From an uncultured Actinomycetes bacterium (GTDB taxonomy: Bacteria; Actinomycetota; Thermoleophilia; Gaiellales; Gaiellaceae): a stretch of DNA of 64,000 nt. The notes beneath the pieces are model-generated. The model had not been told where the DNA came from and searched no databases. It was given only the letters and a program-made list of their open reading frames with translations. Positions 9,680 to 18,448 of the stretch are shown piece after piece. Positions within the stretch are counted from its first letter, which is position 1. The number at the start of each line of letters is the position of its first letter. Both the position numbers and the translations under genes were made by a program. Location of the stretch: the NCBI GenBank assembly GCA_963798985.1, contig CAWCVL010000008.1, positions 30,442-94,441 of the forward strand, in the 5' to 3' direction.

Positions 9680-10633
9680 ACACCGTCGTCGTCGGAGCGG
9701 GCTCGTGGGGGACGGCGTTCTCGCGCTTGCTGGCAGATCGCGGTCACGAGGTGACACTCGCCGCGCGCGACCCCGAGCAAGTCGAAGCGATCGAGAAGAC
9801 CGGGCGAAACCCGCGCTACCTGACGAACGTCGACCTGAAGGGGATCCGCCCGTCGACGATCGCCGAAGCGCCGCTCGAGGACGCGGAGCTCGTCGTCGCT
9901 GCGCTGCCGAGCCGCGTTTTCGGCTCGGTCGTGCCGAACCTGCCGGGGAAGGCTCCGGTCTTGAGCCTCACGAAGGGCCTCGACCCGGAGACCGGCGAAC
10001 GCCTGTCGACGCTCGTCCGCGATCGACCGGTTGCCGTGCTCTCCGGGCCGAACATGGCGGAGGAGATCGCGGCGGGCCTCCCGACCGCGGCGGTGATCGC
10101 GTCGCGAGGACGTTCCGCTCGCCGAGCGCCTGCAGGCTGAGATCAACTCGCTCGCGTTTCGCGTCTACGTCAACACGGACCTCGTCGGCGTCGAGCTCTG
10201 CGCCGCCGCGAAGAACGTGATCGGTCTCTCGGCGGGCGGCGTGGACGGGCTCGGCCTCGGAGACAACGCCAAGGCGGCGCTGATCACCCGCGGCCTCGCC
10301 GAGATGGCGCGGCTCGGCGAAGCGGCCGGCGGGGATCAGGAGACGTTCGCGGGCCTCGCCGGCATGGGCGACCTGATCGTGACGTGCTGGCACCCGAGCG
10401 GTCGCAATCGCAGGGCCGGTGAGCTGATCGCGCGTGGGATGTCGCCCGACGAAGCGGCCGCGGAGATCGGCCAGACGGTCGAGGGGCTCACGACCGCCCC
10501 CGTTCTGAGGGATCTTTCTCACCGTCTCGGCGTCGAGCTGCCGATCACCGAAGGCGTATGTACCGTTCTCAGCGGCATGCCTCTCTCCGATCTGCTCGCG
10601 AGCCTCATGGGTCGGCGGCCCACCGAGGAGTGA
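9676..10633 (+). pseudogene. gpsA: NAD(P)H-dependent glycerol-3-phosphate dehydrogenase, frameshifted in this sequence (probable assembly indel)
   Basis: Fragment 9676-10140 (VVVGAGSWGTAF...SGPNMAEEIAAGLPTAAVIAS) continues as DVPLAERLQAEINSLAFRVYVNTDLVGVELCAAAKNVIG...GDLIVTC in the next frame. One extra G at about 10108. Confidence 0.9.
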
Positions 10634-11913
10634 AGGTCTGGCTCGCGGCGGCGGTCGGCGCGATCGCGCTCGCGGGGTGCGGCGGCAACGACACGGCGGG
10701 CGCGTCCGCGATCGGCCTCGCGCCCGCGGACGCAGTCGGTTACGTGGAGCTCGACACGAGCCTCGACTCCGACCAATGGAACAAAGTGCAGGCCCTGCTC
10801 GATCGCTTTCCGAGCCGACCGCAGCTCGTCGCCGAGCTCGACAAGCAACTCTCCGAGGAACAGCTCCAGTGGGAGCGCGACGTCGAACCCGCGCTCGGCG
10901 ACACGGTCGCCGCGATCTGGGCGAGCAACACGGCCGACGACGTCGTCGTCGCGACGCAGCCGGACGACGAGGCGAAGCTTCGCGCGCTCGTCGACAAGCT
11001 CGCCGAGCAGGCAAACACCGAGTACGTCATCGGCGAGGTCGACGGCTGGACGGTCGTTGCGGAGCAGCAGTCGGCGATCGACGCGCTGACGTCGGGCGAC
11101 GGCGAGCTCGCCGACAACGACGGCTATCAGGCCGCGCTCGACGAGCTTCCGGACGAGCGGCTCGCCTTCGGCTGGGTGAGCAAGCGCGCGATGCCCTCGA
11201 ACTTCCCGAAGCTCGAGTTCGAGTGGCTCGCCGGCGCGATCGAAGCGCGCGACGACGGCGCCGCCGCGACGTTCGTCGAGCGATCGACCGCGGAAGCCGG
11301 CGCGAACTACACGTCGCGCCGCATCGACGAGGCGCCGGCCGACGCGCTGGTGTTCCTCTCGTTCGACACGAAGAGCCTCCGCGGGCAGACCTCGGCGCTC
11401 GCGCCGCTCGCGAACCTCCTCGGCGTCCGCGTCGACCAGCTCGTCGCGGACATCGAGGGCGAGGGCGCGTTCTGGGTCCTGCCGGCTCCGGGCTTCCCCG
11501 AGGTGACCCTGGTGCTCACCACGTCTTCGCCCGAGCGGACGCAGCAGCAGCTACGGCAGCTGCTCGAGGGCGCACCGCTGCCGGTCCGCGTCGCCGTCGT
11601 GGGCGACGAGGTCGTCGCCACGACCGCGACGAGCCCCGCCCAGGCGCTCGAGCGTGCGCGGGTGGGCGGGACGCTCGCCGACGACGAGGACTTCCGCGAG
11701 GCGAAGGCCGCCGCGGGCATGCCCGACGAGACCGGTGGCTTTCTCTACGTCGACGTTGCGGACGCGCTCCCGCTGCTCACTCTGGCCGGTTATGCGGGCG
11801 TCGACGTGCCGAAGGAACTGCTCGAGAACCTGCGCCCGGTCAGCTCCGTGGTCGCCTGGAGCCAGGCGGACGGAAACACCTCGGCTCAGACCGTGTTCGT
11901 CCGCATCCAGTAG
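10630..11913 (+). CDS. DUF3352-like secreted lipoprotein
   Basis: GTG 10630 (GTGA overlap with the gpsA stop) gives [19 protein letters not shown] with a lipobox. About 427 aa, acidic, with no enzymatic motif recognised. Confidence 0.6.
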   Translation: MKVWLAAAVGAIALAGCGGNDTAGASAIGLAPADAVGYVELDTSLDSDQWNKVQALLDRFPSRPQLVAELDKQLSEEQLQWERDVEPALGDTVAAIWASNTADDVVVATQPDDEAKLRALVDKLAEQANTEYVIGEVDGWTVVAEQQSAIDALTSGDGELADNDGYQAALDELPDERLAFGWVSKRAMPSNFPKLEFEWLAGAIEARDDGAAATFVERSTAEAGANYTSRRIDEAPADALVFLSFDTKSLRGQTSALAPLANLLGVRVDQLVADIEGEGAFWVLPAPGFPEVTLVLTTSSPERTQQQLRQLLEGAPLPVRVAVVGDEVVATTATSPAQALERARVGGTLADDEDFREAKAAAGMPDETGGFLYVDVADALPLLTLAGYAGVDVPKELLENLRPVSSVVAWSQADGNTSAQTVFVRIQ

Positions 11914-11927
11914 GTAATCTGCCGCCG

Positions 11928-13220
11928 ATGGCGGGCCGCGAGTTCCTCTTCACGTCCGAGTCGGTCACCGAAGGACACCCGGACAAGATCGCCGACCAGG
12001 TCTCGGACAGCGTTCTCGACGCGGTGCTTCGCGACGATCCGGACGGGCGCGTCGCCTGCGAGACGCTGATCACGACCGGCCTCGTCGTCGTCGCCGGCGA
12101 GATCACGACCGAGATCTACGTCGACATCCCCAAGCTCGTGCGCGAGCGGATCGCGCAGATCGGCTACACGCACTCCGAGTGGGGCTTCGACGCGAACACG
12201 TGCGGCGTCGTCGTCGCGATCGACGAGCAGTCGCCCGACATCGCGCAGGGTGTCGACACCGCGTACGAGATCCAGCACGACCCCGGCGACGACGATCCGC
12301 TCGACAAGGTCGGTGCCGGCGACCAGGGGATGATGTTCGGCTACGCGTCGAGCGAGACGCCCGAGCTGATGCCGCTGCCGATCATGCTCGCGCACAAGAT
12401 CTGCAAGCGGCTCGCCGAGGTGCGCAAGGCGGGGATCCTCCCGTACCTCAGGCCGGACGGGAAGGCACAGGTGACCGTCCGCTACGAGATCGACGAGAAC
12501 GGCGTCCAGCGTGTGCGCGGGATCGAGCGGCTGCTCGTTTCGACGCAGCACGCCGAGGGGCTCGACGCCGACGCGATGATCAAGCCGGACATCATCGAGT
12601 ACGTGCTCCGCCCGATTCTGCCGCGCGACCTCTTCGACGAGAAGCGCCTTCAGGAGCGCGACTTCGTCTACGTCAACCCGACGGGCAAGTTCGTGATCGG
12701 CGGGCCGATGGGGGACACGGGCCTGACCGGCCGCAAGATCATCGTCGACACCTACGGCGGCGCAGCGCGCCACGGCGGCGGTGCGTTCTCCGGCAAGGAT
12801 CCGACGAAGGTCGACCGCTCGGCCGCCTATGCGGCGAGGTACGTGGCGAAGAACGTCGTCGCCGCCGGGCTCGCCGAGCGATGTGAGATCAACGTCGCGT
12901 ACGCGATCGGCGTCGCGCATCCGGTGTCGGTGACCGTGCAGACCTTCAACACCGAGCACGTGCCGGTGTCGAAGATCGAGGCGCTCGTCGATGAGCATTT
13001 CGACCTGCGGCCGGCCGCGATCCTGCGCGACCTCGACCTGCGGCGGCCGATCTACTCCAAGACCGCGGCCTACGGGCACTTCGGGCGCGACGACCACGAC
13101 TTCTCGTGGGAGCGCGTCGACAAGGCCGCCGAGCTCCGTGAGGCCGCCGGCCTCAACGGCGAGCCGCCCTTTCCGGTGAGTGCGGGCGAGCCCGTCGGCG
13201 CCGGCGAGCGCGACGCCTGA
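11928..13220 (+). CDS. metK: S-adenosylmethionine synthase
   Basis: [39 protein letters not shown] and [16 protein letters not shown]. Only the last 430 aa of the 847-aa track ORF belong to it. About 30 aa of C-terminal extension. Confidence 0.95.
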   Translation: MAGREFLFTSESVTEGHPDKIADQVSDSVLDAVLRDDPDGRVACETLITTGLVVVAGEITTEIYVDIPKLVRERIAQIGYTHSEWGFDANTCGVVVAIDEQSPDIAQGVDTAYEIQHDPGDDDPLDKVGAGDQGMMFGYASSETPELMPLPIMLAHKICKRLAEVRKAGILPYLRPDGKAQVTVRYEIDENGVQRVRGIERLLVSTQHAEGLDADAMIKPDIIEYVLRPILPRDLFDEKRLQERDFVYVNPTGKFVIGGPMGDTGLTGRKIIVDTYGGAARHGGGAFSGKDPTKVDRSAAYAARYVAKNVVAAGLAERCEINVAYAIGVAHPVSVTVQTFNTEHVPVSKIEALVDEHFDLRPAAILRDLDLRRPIYSKTAAYGHFGRDDHDFSWERVDKAAELREAAGLNGEPPFPVSAGEPVGAGERDA

Positions 13221-13294
13221 CCGAGCCGCCGGCACCGACTCCGACCCGGCCACGCACCGACCTGCCTCGCCTGCTCTCGGGCGCGGCGCTCCTC

Positions 13295-13900
13295 GTGCTC
13301 GCGCTCTGGGTTGCCTTCGGCGGCCTCGGCGGTTGCTTCCCGTCGTTCGGCAACCCGTTCCGGGAAGAGACGGTCGACCGCAGCAGCCCGGTCGTGCTGA
13401 AGTCGATCGAGAACCTGCGCCGGTTCCAGGCCTCGACAGGCCACTACGAGGTGATCGTCGACCTCGAGAAGGACACGCAATTCGTCCCGTCGCCGATTCG
13501 CGGTGAGCGCGTCCTGTTCGTCGCGGTGGGAGACGTCGACGCCGGCGTCGACTTCTCAGCGCTCGAGGATGAGGCGGTACGCGTCTCGGACAACCGGCGC
13601 ACCGTTCACCTCGAGCTGCCCCACGCGGAGATCTTCGGTGCGCGCGTCGACCCGACGCGCAGCTACGTCTACGACCGCGACCGCGGCCTGATCGACCGCG
13701 TCGCCTCGATCTTCCAGGACAACCCGACGAGCGAGCAGGAGCTCTACGTGCTCGCGGAGGAGAAGCTGATGGACGCGGCGGAGGAGAGCCCGAGCATCGT
13801 CGTCCGCGCCGAGCAGAACACGCGCCTGATGCTGGTCGGCCTGTTGAAGGCGCTCGGTTTCACGAGCGTCTCGATCGAGTTCGTCGACGTCACGCCTTAG
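13295..13900 (+). CDS. DUF4230 domain-containing membrane protein
   Basis: 201 aa. VVLKSIENLRRFQASTGHYEVIVDLEKD...AVGDVDAGVDFS resembles DUF4230. The open frame continues upstream (LLSGAALLVLALWVAF) without a canonical start, so the 5-prime end is uncertain. Confidence 0.6.
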   Translation: MLALWVAFGGLGGCFPSFGNPFREETVDRSSPVVLKSIENLRRFQASTGHYEVIVDLEKDTQFVPSPIRGERVLFVAVGDVDAGVDFSALEDEAVRVSDNRRTVHLELPHAEIFGARVDPTRSYVYDRDRGLIDRVASIFQDNPTSEQELYVLAEEKLMDAAEESPSIVVRAEQNTRLMLVGLLKALGFTSVSIEFVDVTP

Positions 13901-14580
13901 GCGGGCCGCACGAACAGGCCCTCGGCGGCCTTGTCCGTGAGCGCGACCTCGCCGCCGTTCAGCTGCACCGCGAAGGGCTCGGTCGAGCGAACCTCGAGCT
14001 CGCGCCCGGGCTCGAGGCCCTGGTCGTAGAACCAGTGCAGCAGGTCGCCGTCGTGCTCGGCGAGCCGGACGATCGTCGCCTTCGTGCCGGGGGTGAGGTT
14101 CGCGAGCGGGGCGAGCTCGTCGTTCTCTCGCTGCTCGAAGTCGGGGTCGACGGGCCAGCCGTGCGGGCAGCGCTCCGGGTTGCCGAGCTTCTCCGCGATG
14201 CGGTCGACCATGTCGTCGCTGAAGGTGTCGCCGAGCTCGTCGGCGTGCACATGCGCTTCCGCGGCCGTGTAGCCCATGAAGTCCGTGAGCAGCCGCTCGA
14301 TCAGGCGGTGCTTGCGCACGACCTTCTCGGCGCGCGCCCGTCCGGTCTTCGTCAGCAGGGCCTCCTTGTGCTCGCCGCGCTCGATCAGCCCCTCCGACTC
14401 GAGCCGCTTGAGCATCTCGCCCGCCGAGGCGCGAGAGACGCCGAGCATCTCCGCGACGCGCACCGCAACCGTCGGGAGCCCCTCGGCCATCGGCCGGTAC
14501 TCGCCGATCGGGAAGGCCAGGAAGTAGATCGTCTCGAGGTACTCGTCGACCGAATGTCCCTGCGGCGCCACGGCGGCCAC
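13897..14580 (-). CDS. DtxR/MntR-family metal-dependent transcriptional regulator with C-terminal FeoA/SH3-like domain
   Basis: SVDEYLETIYFL, winged-helix VAEMLGVSRASAGEMLKRLESEGLI, dimerisation/metal region HRLIERLL...HVHADELGD, CPHG, and a C-terminal TPGTKATIVRL. Likely start is GTG 14580 or 14571; the track ORF extends to TTG 14634. Confidence 0.85.
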   Translation of the reverse strand: MAAVAPQGHSVDEYLETIYFLAFPIGEYRPMAEGLPTVAVRVAEMLGVSRASAGEMLKRLESEGLIERGEHKEALLTKTGRARAEKVVRKHRLIERLLTDFMGYTAAEAHVHADELGDTFSDDMVDRIAEKLGNPERCPHGWPVDPDFEQRENDELAPLANLTPGTKATIVRLAEHDGDLLHWFYDQGLEPGRELEVRSTEPFAVQLNGGEVALTDKAAEGLFVRPA

Positions 14581-14584
14581 ACTG

Positions 14585-14666
14585 TAGCTTGCTGCGACGT
14601 CACGAATCCGCTCCCGCGGATCCGCGACGCGCAAAGACCCCTGAAGGCGGCCGCTCTCGCGGCCGC
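14585..14666 (-). repeat. copy A of an approximately 80-nt structured intergenic element (13-bp stem with GNRA loop at 14599-14628)
   Basis: Reverse complement aligns over about 80 nt (roughly 85-90% identity) with 61375-61452. It lies between the iron permease stop (14694) and the DtxR-family start. Confidence 0.75.
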
Positions 14667-14693
14667 TCTCTCGCTGCGACTCACTTCAAGCCT

Positions 14694-16268
14694 CTAGCCA
14701 GGCGCCGACACGTCCGACCCGCGCCTTGCGGCGAGCAGGTAGACGAACGGCGCGGAGACCAGGATCAGCAGGAGCGCGGGCGGAGCCGCCCGCGAGTACG
14801 ACCCGAGGGCGGTGTACTTCCAGATCTCGGTCGCGAGCGTCTCGAAGCCGATCGGCCGCAGGAGCAACGTCGCGGGCAGCTCCTTCATCGCGTTCAGGAA
14901 GACGAGCGCGGCGCCGGCGAGCAGCCCGCGGCGGATCAACGGCACGGTCACGGTCGCAAGCACGCGCACGGGGCCGTGCCCGAGGCTCCGCGCGGCCTCC
15001 TCGATGCGCGGGTGCACGCCCTGCAGCGCCGACTCGACGCCCGCGAGCGCTTGCGGGAAGAAGCGGACGACGTACGCGAACACCAGTAGGGCGAGCGTCT
15101 GGTAGAGCGGCGTCAGGTAGTTCGCGGCGAAGAACACGAGCGACAGCGCGATCACGATCCCGGGCAGCGCGTTGCCGGTGTAGGCGAGTCGCTCAAGCGT
15201 GCGCGTCCAATGTGCCGGGTAGCGCTCGGCGAGCAGCGCGACGGGAAGCACCGCGACGACCGCGACCACCGCAGCGAGGGCGGAGGCGGAGACGGACGAA
15301 AGCGCGGCCTCCCAGGCGATCTCGACTCCCCGGCCGAGCTCGACGCCGCGCGCGGTCCAGTAGACGAGCACGGCGAGCGGCACGACGAGGAAGAACGCGA
15401 CGACGCTTGCGCTGAACGCGAACGCGGGCCAGCGCCACGGTCCGAGCGGAATCGTCTTCGGCGGCCGCTCGGCGCCGCTTGCGGACGCACGCACACCTCG
15501 CCGGGACCGTTCCTCGAGCACGAGCAACACCGCGGCGAACGCGACCAGCACGAGTGCAAGCACCGCGGCCGGCGTCCGGTCGAACAGCGAGCGGTACTGC
15601 ACGTAGATCGACCGGGTCAGCGCGTTGTACTGCATCAGCGACACCGCGCCGAAGTCGGAGAGCGTGTAGAGCGCAACGAGCAGCGACGCCGCGCCGAGCG
15701 ACGGCCGCAGCGCCGGCAGGGTCACGCGCCGGAAGACGCCCCAGCGCGAGCGCCCGAGCCCGCGCGCAGCGTCCTCGAGCGCGGGGTCGAGGCCGCGAAG
15801 CGCCGCGCCCGCGAGCAGGAAGACGTACGGGTAGGTCGAGAGCGTGAGCGCGAGCCACGCGCCGACGAAGCCGTAGATCTCCGGTAGGCGCTCGACGCCG
15901 AGCGGCTCGAGCAGCTGCTGCAGCAGCCCGCGCGGCCCGAACGCGCCGAGCAGCGCAAGCGCGGCGACGTAGCTCGGGATCACGAGCGGCAGCGGCGCCG
16001 CGACCGCGAGCACGCGTCGTGCCGGCAGGTCGGTGCGCGTGACGAGCCAGGCGAGCGGGAGGCCGACGAGGACCGCCGTGCCCGTCACCGCCACGACGAG
16101 CACGAACGTCTTGACGACGAGGGTCAGCGTCCCGGGGCGCCCGAGCACCTCGAGCACGTCGCCCGAGCCGACGGTGCGGAGCAGGAGGTAGACGAGCGGC
16201 AGGAGGACGAGGGCGACCGCCGCAACCGCCGGAACGGCAAGCGCGGCGGGCGCCCTCGTGCGGCTCAC
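14694..16268 (-). CDS. iron(III) ABC transporter permease (two fused permease domains)
   Basis: About 525 aa with 12 predicted TM segments and duplicated EAA-like loops (LEDAARGLGRSRWGVFRRVTLP and IEEAARSLGHGPVRVLATVTVP). Start is GTG 16268 (GTGA overlap with the binding-protein stop). Confidence 0.9.
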   Translation of the reverse strand: MSRTRAPAALAVPAVAAVALVLLPLVYLLLRTVGSGDVLEVLGRPGTLTLVVKTFVLVVAVTGTAVLVGLPLAWLVTRTDLPARRVLAVAAPLPLVIPSYVAALALLGAFGPRGLLQQLLEPLGVERLPEIYGFVGAWLALTLSTYPYVFLLAGAALRGLDPALEDAARGLGRSRWGVFRRVTLPALRPSLGAASLLVALYTLSDFGAVSLMQYNALTRSIYVQYRSLFDRTPAAVLALVLVAFAAVLLVLEERSRRGVRASASGAERPPKTIPLGPWRWPAFAFSASVVAFFLVVPLAVLVYWTARGVELGRGVEIAWEAALSSVSASALAAVVAVVAVLPVALLAERYPAHWTRTLERLAYTGNALPGIVIALSLVFFAANYLTPLYQTLALLVFAYVVRFFPQALAGVESALQGVHPRIEEAARSLGHGPVRVLATVTVPLIRRGLLAGAALVFLNAMKELPATLLLRPIGFETLATEIWKYTALGSYSRAAPPALLLILVSAPFVYLLAARRGSDVSAPG

Positions 16269-17284
16269 GTCGTGAACCCGACCTCGTTCAGCAGCTCGAG
16301 CGTCCGCTCGAGCTCGGGGCCGAGCTGGTCGAGCTGGATCTGCGGCCCGCCCAGGCTGTCGAGCGGGGGGAGGCCGGCCTTGGCCTCGATGCCCGGCACG
16401 ACCGGGTACTCGGCCTCCTCGGCCTCGTCGACGTAGAAGCGCTGGCTCGGCTCGGAGAGCAGGAACTCGACGAACTGCTGCGCTGCGTCCGCATGCTCGG
16501 CGGTCTCGAGGATCGCCGCGCCCGCGACCGACACGAGCGCGCCGGGATCCTCGCCCGTGAGGAAGTGGTTCGCGACCGCCGCGTCGGGGTTCTCCTCCTT
16601 GACGAGGTAGAGGTAGTAGTGGTTGACGAGGCCGAGCTCGATCTCGCCCGAGCCGACGGCCTCGACGACGGGCGTGTTCTTCTCGTAGAGCTTCGGCTCG
16701 TTCGCCTTCAGCCCCTCGAGCCAGGTGCGGGTGCGCTCCTCGCCGAGCTCGAGCAGCATGGCGCTGACGAACGCCTGGAACGACGCGTTCGTGGGCGCGA
16801 TGCCGATCTTGCCCTTCCACTTCGGATCGGTGAGCGCGAAGACGGAGTCGGGAACCTCGTCCTCCGAGAGCGCGTCGGTGTTGTACGCGATCACGCGCGA
16901 GCGGCCCGAGGTGCCCACCCAGTGGCCGTCCGGATCGCGGAAGCGCGCGGGCACACGGTCGAGCGCTTCCTGCGGGAGCTTCGCGAGCCGCCCCTCGCGC
17001 TCGACGGCGCCGAGCGAGCCCGGGTCCTGCGCGAAGAAGACGTCGGCGGGCGAGTTGTCGCCCTCCTCGGCGATCGTCGCGGCGAGCTCGGCGCTGTCGC
17101 CGTAGCGCACCTCGACGTCGATGCCCGTCTCCTTTTCGAAGCGCTCGAAGAGCGGCTCGACGAGCTCCTCTTCGCGGCCCGAGTAGACGACGAGCGTCTC
17201 GTCTGCGCCCGCGTCGTCGTCGCCCCCGCAGCCGGCCGCCACGCCGAGCAGCGCCGCAACCGCCAACACCATCACCTTCCGCAT
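16265..17284 (-). CDS. iron(III) ABC transporter substrate-binding lipoprotein
   Basis: MRKVMVLAVAALLGVAAGCGG lipobox. FbpA/AfuA-like body (VVYSGREEELVEPLFERFEKETGI...). Confidence 0.9.
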   Translation of the reverse strand: MRKVMVLAVAALLGVAAGCGGDDDAGADETLVVYSGREEELVEPLFERFEKETGIDVEVRYGDSAELAATIAEEGDNSPADVFFAQDPGSLGAVEREGRLAKLPQEALDRVPARFRDPDGHWVGTSGRSRVIAYNTDALSEDEVPDSVFALTDPKWKGKIGIAPTNASFQAFVSAMLLELGEERTRTWLEGLKANEPKLYEKNTPVVEAVGSGEIELGLVNHYYLYLVKEENPDAAVANHFLTGEDPGALVSVAGAAILETAEHADAAQQFVEFLLSEPSQRFYVDEAEEAEYPVVPGIEAKAGLPPLDSLGGPQIQLDQLGPELERTLELLNEVGFTT

Positions 17285-17310
17285 GCGTCGTTCCCCTCCC
17301 GTGATTGTCA

Positions 17311-17351
17311 GGTCCACCTTACAAGCGCCGGAAGCCTATGTAAGGCGGACC
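17311..17351 (-). promoter_or_regulatory. intercistronic RNA hairpin between the ABC ATPase and binding-protein genes
   Basis: On the mRNA strand, GGUCCGCCUUACA-N15-UGUAAGGUGGACC forms a 13-bp stem (one G.U). It sits 8 nt after the ATPase stop and 27 nt before the binding-protein ATG. Confidence 0.6.
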
Positions 17352-17358
17352 TGACGCG

Positions 17359-18393
17359 TCAAGCGGGAACCCGCTCGAACACCGTCACGCGGCGCTCGTG
17401 CGGGTGCACCGCGACGCGCGAGCCGAGCGGCACGACCTCGGTCGAGGGTCGCTGCGAGATCACGGTCGCGCCGTCGGTGAGCCGGACGCGGTAGAAGACG
17501 TCGTGGCCGCGGAACTCGCGGCCGACCACCTCGCCGATCCCCGCGTCGTCGAGCGAGAGCTCCAGCTGCTCGGGCCGGATCAGCGCCTCGACGCTCGTGT
17601 CGCCGTTCAGGTTCGCGACGGGAAAGCGGCCGAGCAGCGTGTCGACGAGACCGCCGTCGATCGTCCCGGGGACGAAGTTGGCCGCGCCGACGAACTCGGC
17701 CGCCCAGCGGTCGGCGGGGCGCAGGTAGAGCTCCTCCGGCGAGCCCGTCTGCACGACCGTGCCGTCGCGCATCAGCGCGATCCGGTCGGCGAGCGAGAAG
17801 GCCTCCTCGCGGTCGTGGGTGACGAAGAGCACCGTCACGTCGATCCCGCGCAGGATCTCCGCGAGCTCGGCGCGCATCGAGGCGCGGAGCAGCGGGTCGA
17901 TGTTCGACCACGGCTCGTCGAGCAGCACGACGGACGGCCGCGGCGCGAGCGCGCGGGCGAGCGCGACCCGCTGCTGCTGTCCGCCCGAGAGCTCGTGCGG
18001 GAAGCGCTGCGACTGCTCGGTCAGGCCGACGAGGCGGAGCAGCTCGGGCACGCGCTCGCGGCGGTCGCCGCGCCGGACGCCGAAGCCCACGTTCTGCTCG
18101 ACGCTCAGGTGCGGGAAGAGCGCGTACTCCTGGAAGACCATGCCGATCCCGCGAGCGTGCGCCGGGACGAAGACGCCCGGGCCGAAGACGGGGCGGTCCT
18201 CGATCGCGATCTCGCCGGCGTCCGGGCGCTCGAAGCCCGCCACCAGCCTGAGCAAGGTCGTCTTCCCGCAGCCGCTCGGGCCGAGCAGGGCGACGAACTC
18301 GCCGCGCTCGACGCAGAGCTCGCTCTCGAGCACGGCCGCGACGTCGCCGAAGTGCTTCGTCACGCCGTGCGTGCAGATGGTTCCACAGGCCAT
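17359..18393 (-). CDS. iron(III) ABC transporter ATP-binding protein
   Basis: 344 aa. Walker A GPSGCGKTT, signature LSGGQQQRVALARAL, Walker B VLLDEP, and a C-terminal TOBE-like domain. Confidence 0.9.
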   Translation of the reverse strand: MACGTICTHGVTKHFGDVAAVLESELCVERGEFVALLGPSGCGKTTLLRLVAGFERPDAGEIAIEDRPVFGPGVFVPAHARGIGMVFQEYALFPHLSVEQNVGFGVRRGDRRERVPELLRLVGLTEQSQRFPHELSGGQQQRVALARALAPRPSVVLLDEPWSNIDPLLRASMRAELAEILRGIDVTVLFVTHDREEAFSLADRIALMRDGTVVQTGSPEELYLRPADRWAAEFVGAANFVPGTIDGGLVDTLLGRFPVANLNGDTSVEALIRPEQLELSLDDAGIGEVVGREFRGHDVFYRVRLTDGATVISQRPSTEVVPLGSRVAVHPHERRVTVFERVPA

Positions 18394-18401
18394 TTCCCTC
18401 A

Positions 18402-18421
18402 GTGTAAGGCACGCCTGACAC
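18402..18421. promoter_or_regulatory. imperfect 20-bp palindrome upstream of the iron ABC operon (candidate operator)
   Basis: GTGTAAGGCACGCCTGACAC is 16/20 self-complementary. It lies 9-28 nt upstream of the ATPase ATG in the divergent region shared with priA. The TGTAAGGC...CCTGAC motif recurs at 17339-17355. Confidence 0.35.
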
Positions 18422-18448
18422 GCCGGGGGGCTGACTACGCTCGGCTGC

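Noticed and set aside
10677-13220. An 847-aa ORF that would fuse a long Arg-rich N-terminus to MetK. Likewise 22449-24575 (708 aa) ends in RibD, 8174-9679 extends Der and 21280-22956 extends RsmB.
   Set aside because: Only the C-terminal parts carry family motifs. Each real start is marked by a 4-nt overlap with the upstream stop or by an SD-like sequence, and the upstream extensions overlap genuine genes in another frame.
18394-18448. A canonical IdeR/DtxR iron box (TTAGGTTAGGCTAACCTAA) in the iron-transporter promoter.
   Set aside because: No close match is present. Only the divergent palindrome GTGTAAGGCACGCCTGACAC is there, and it is reported separately with low confidence.
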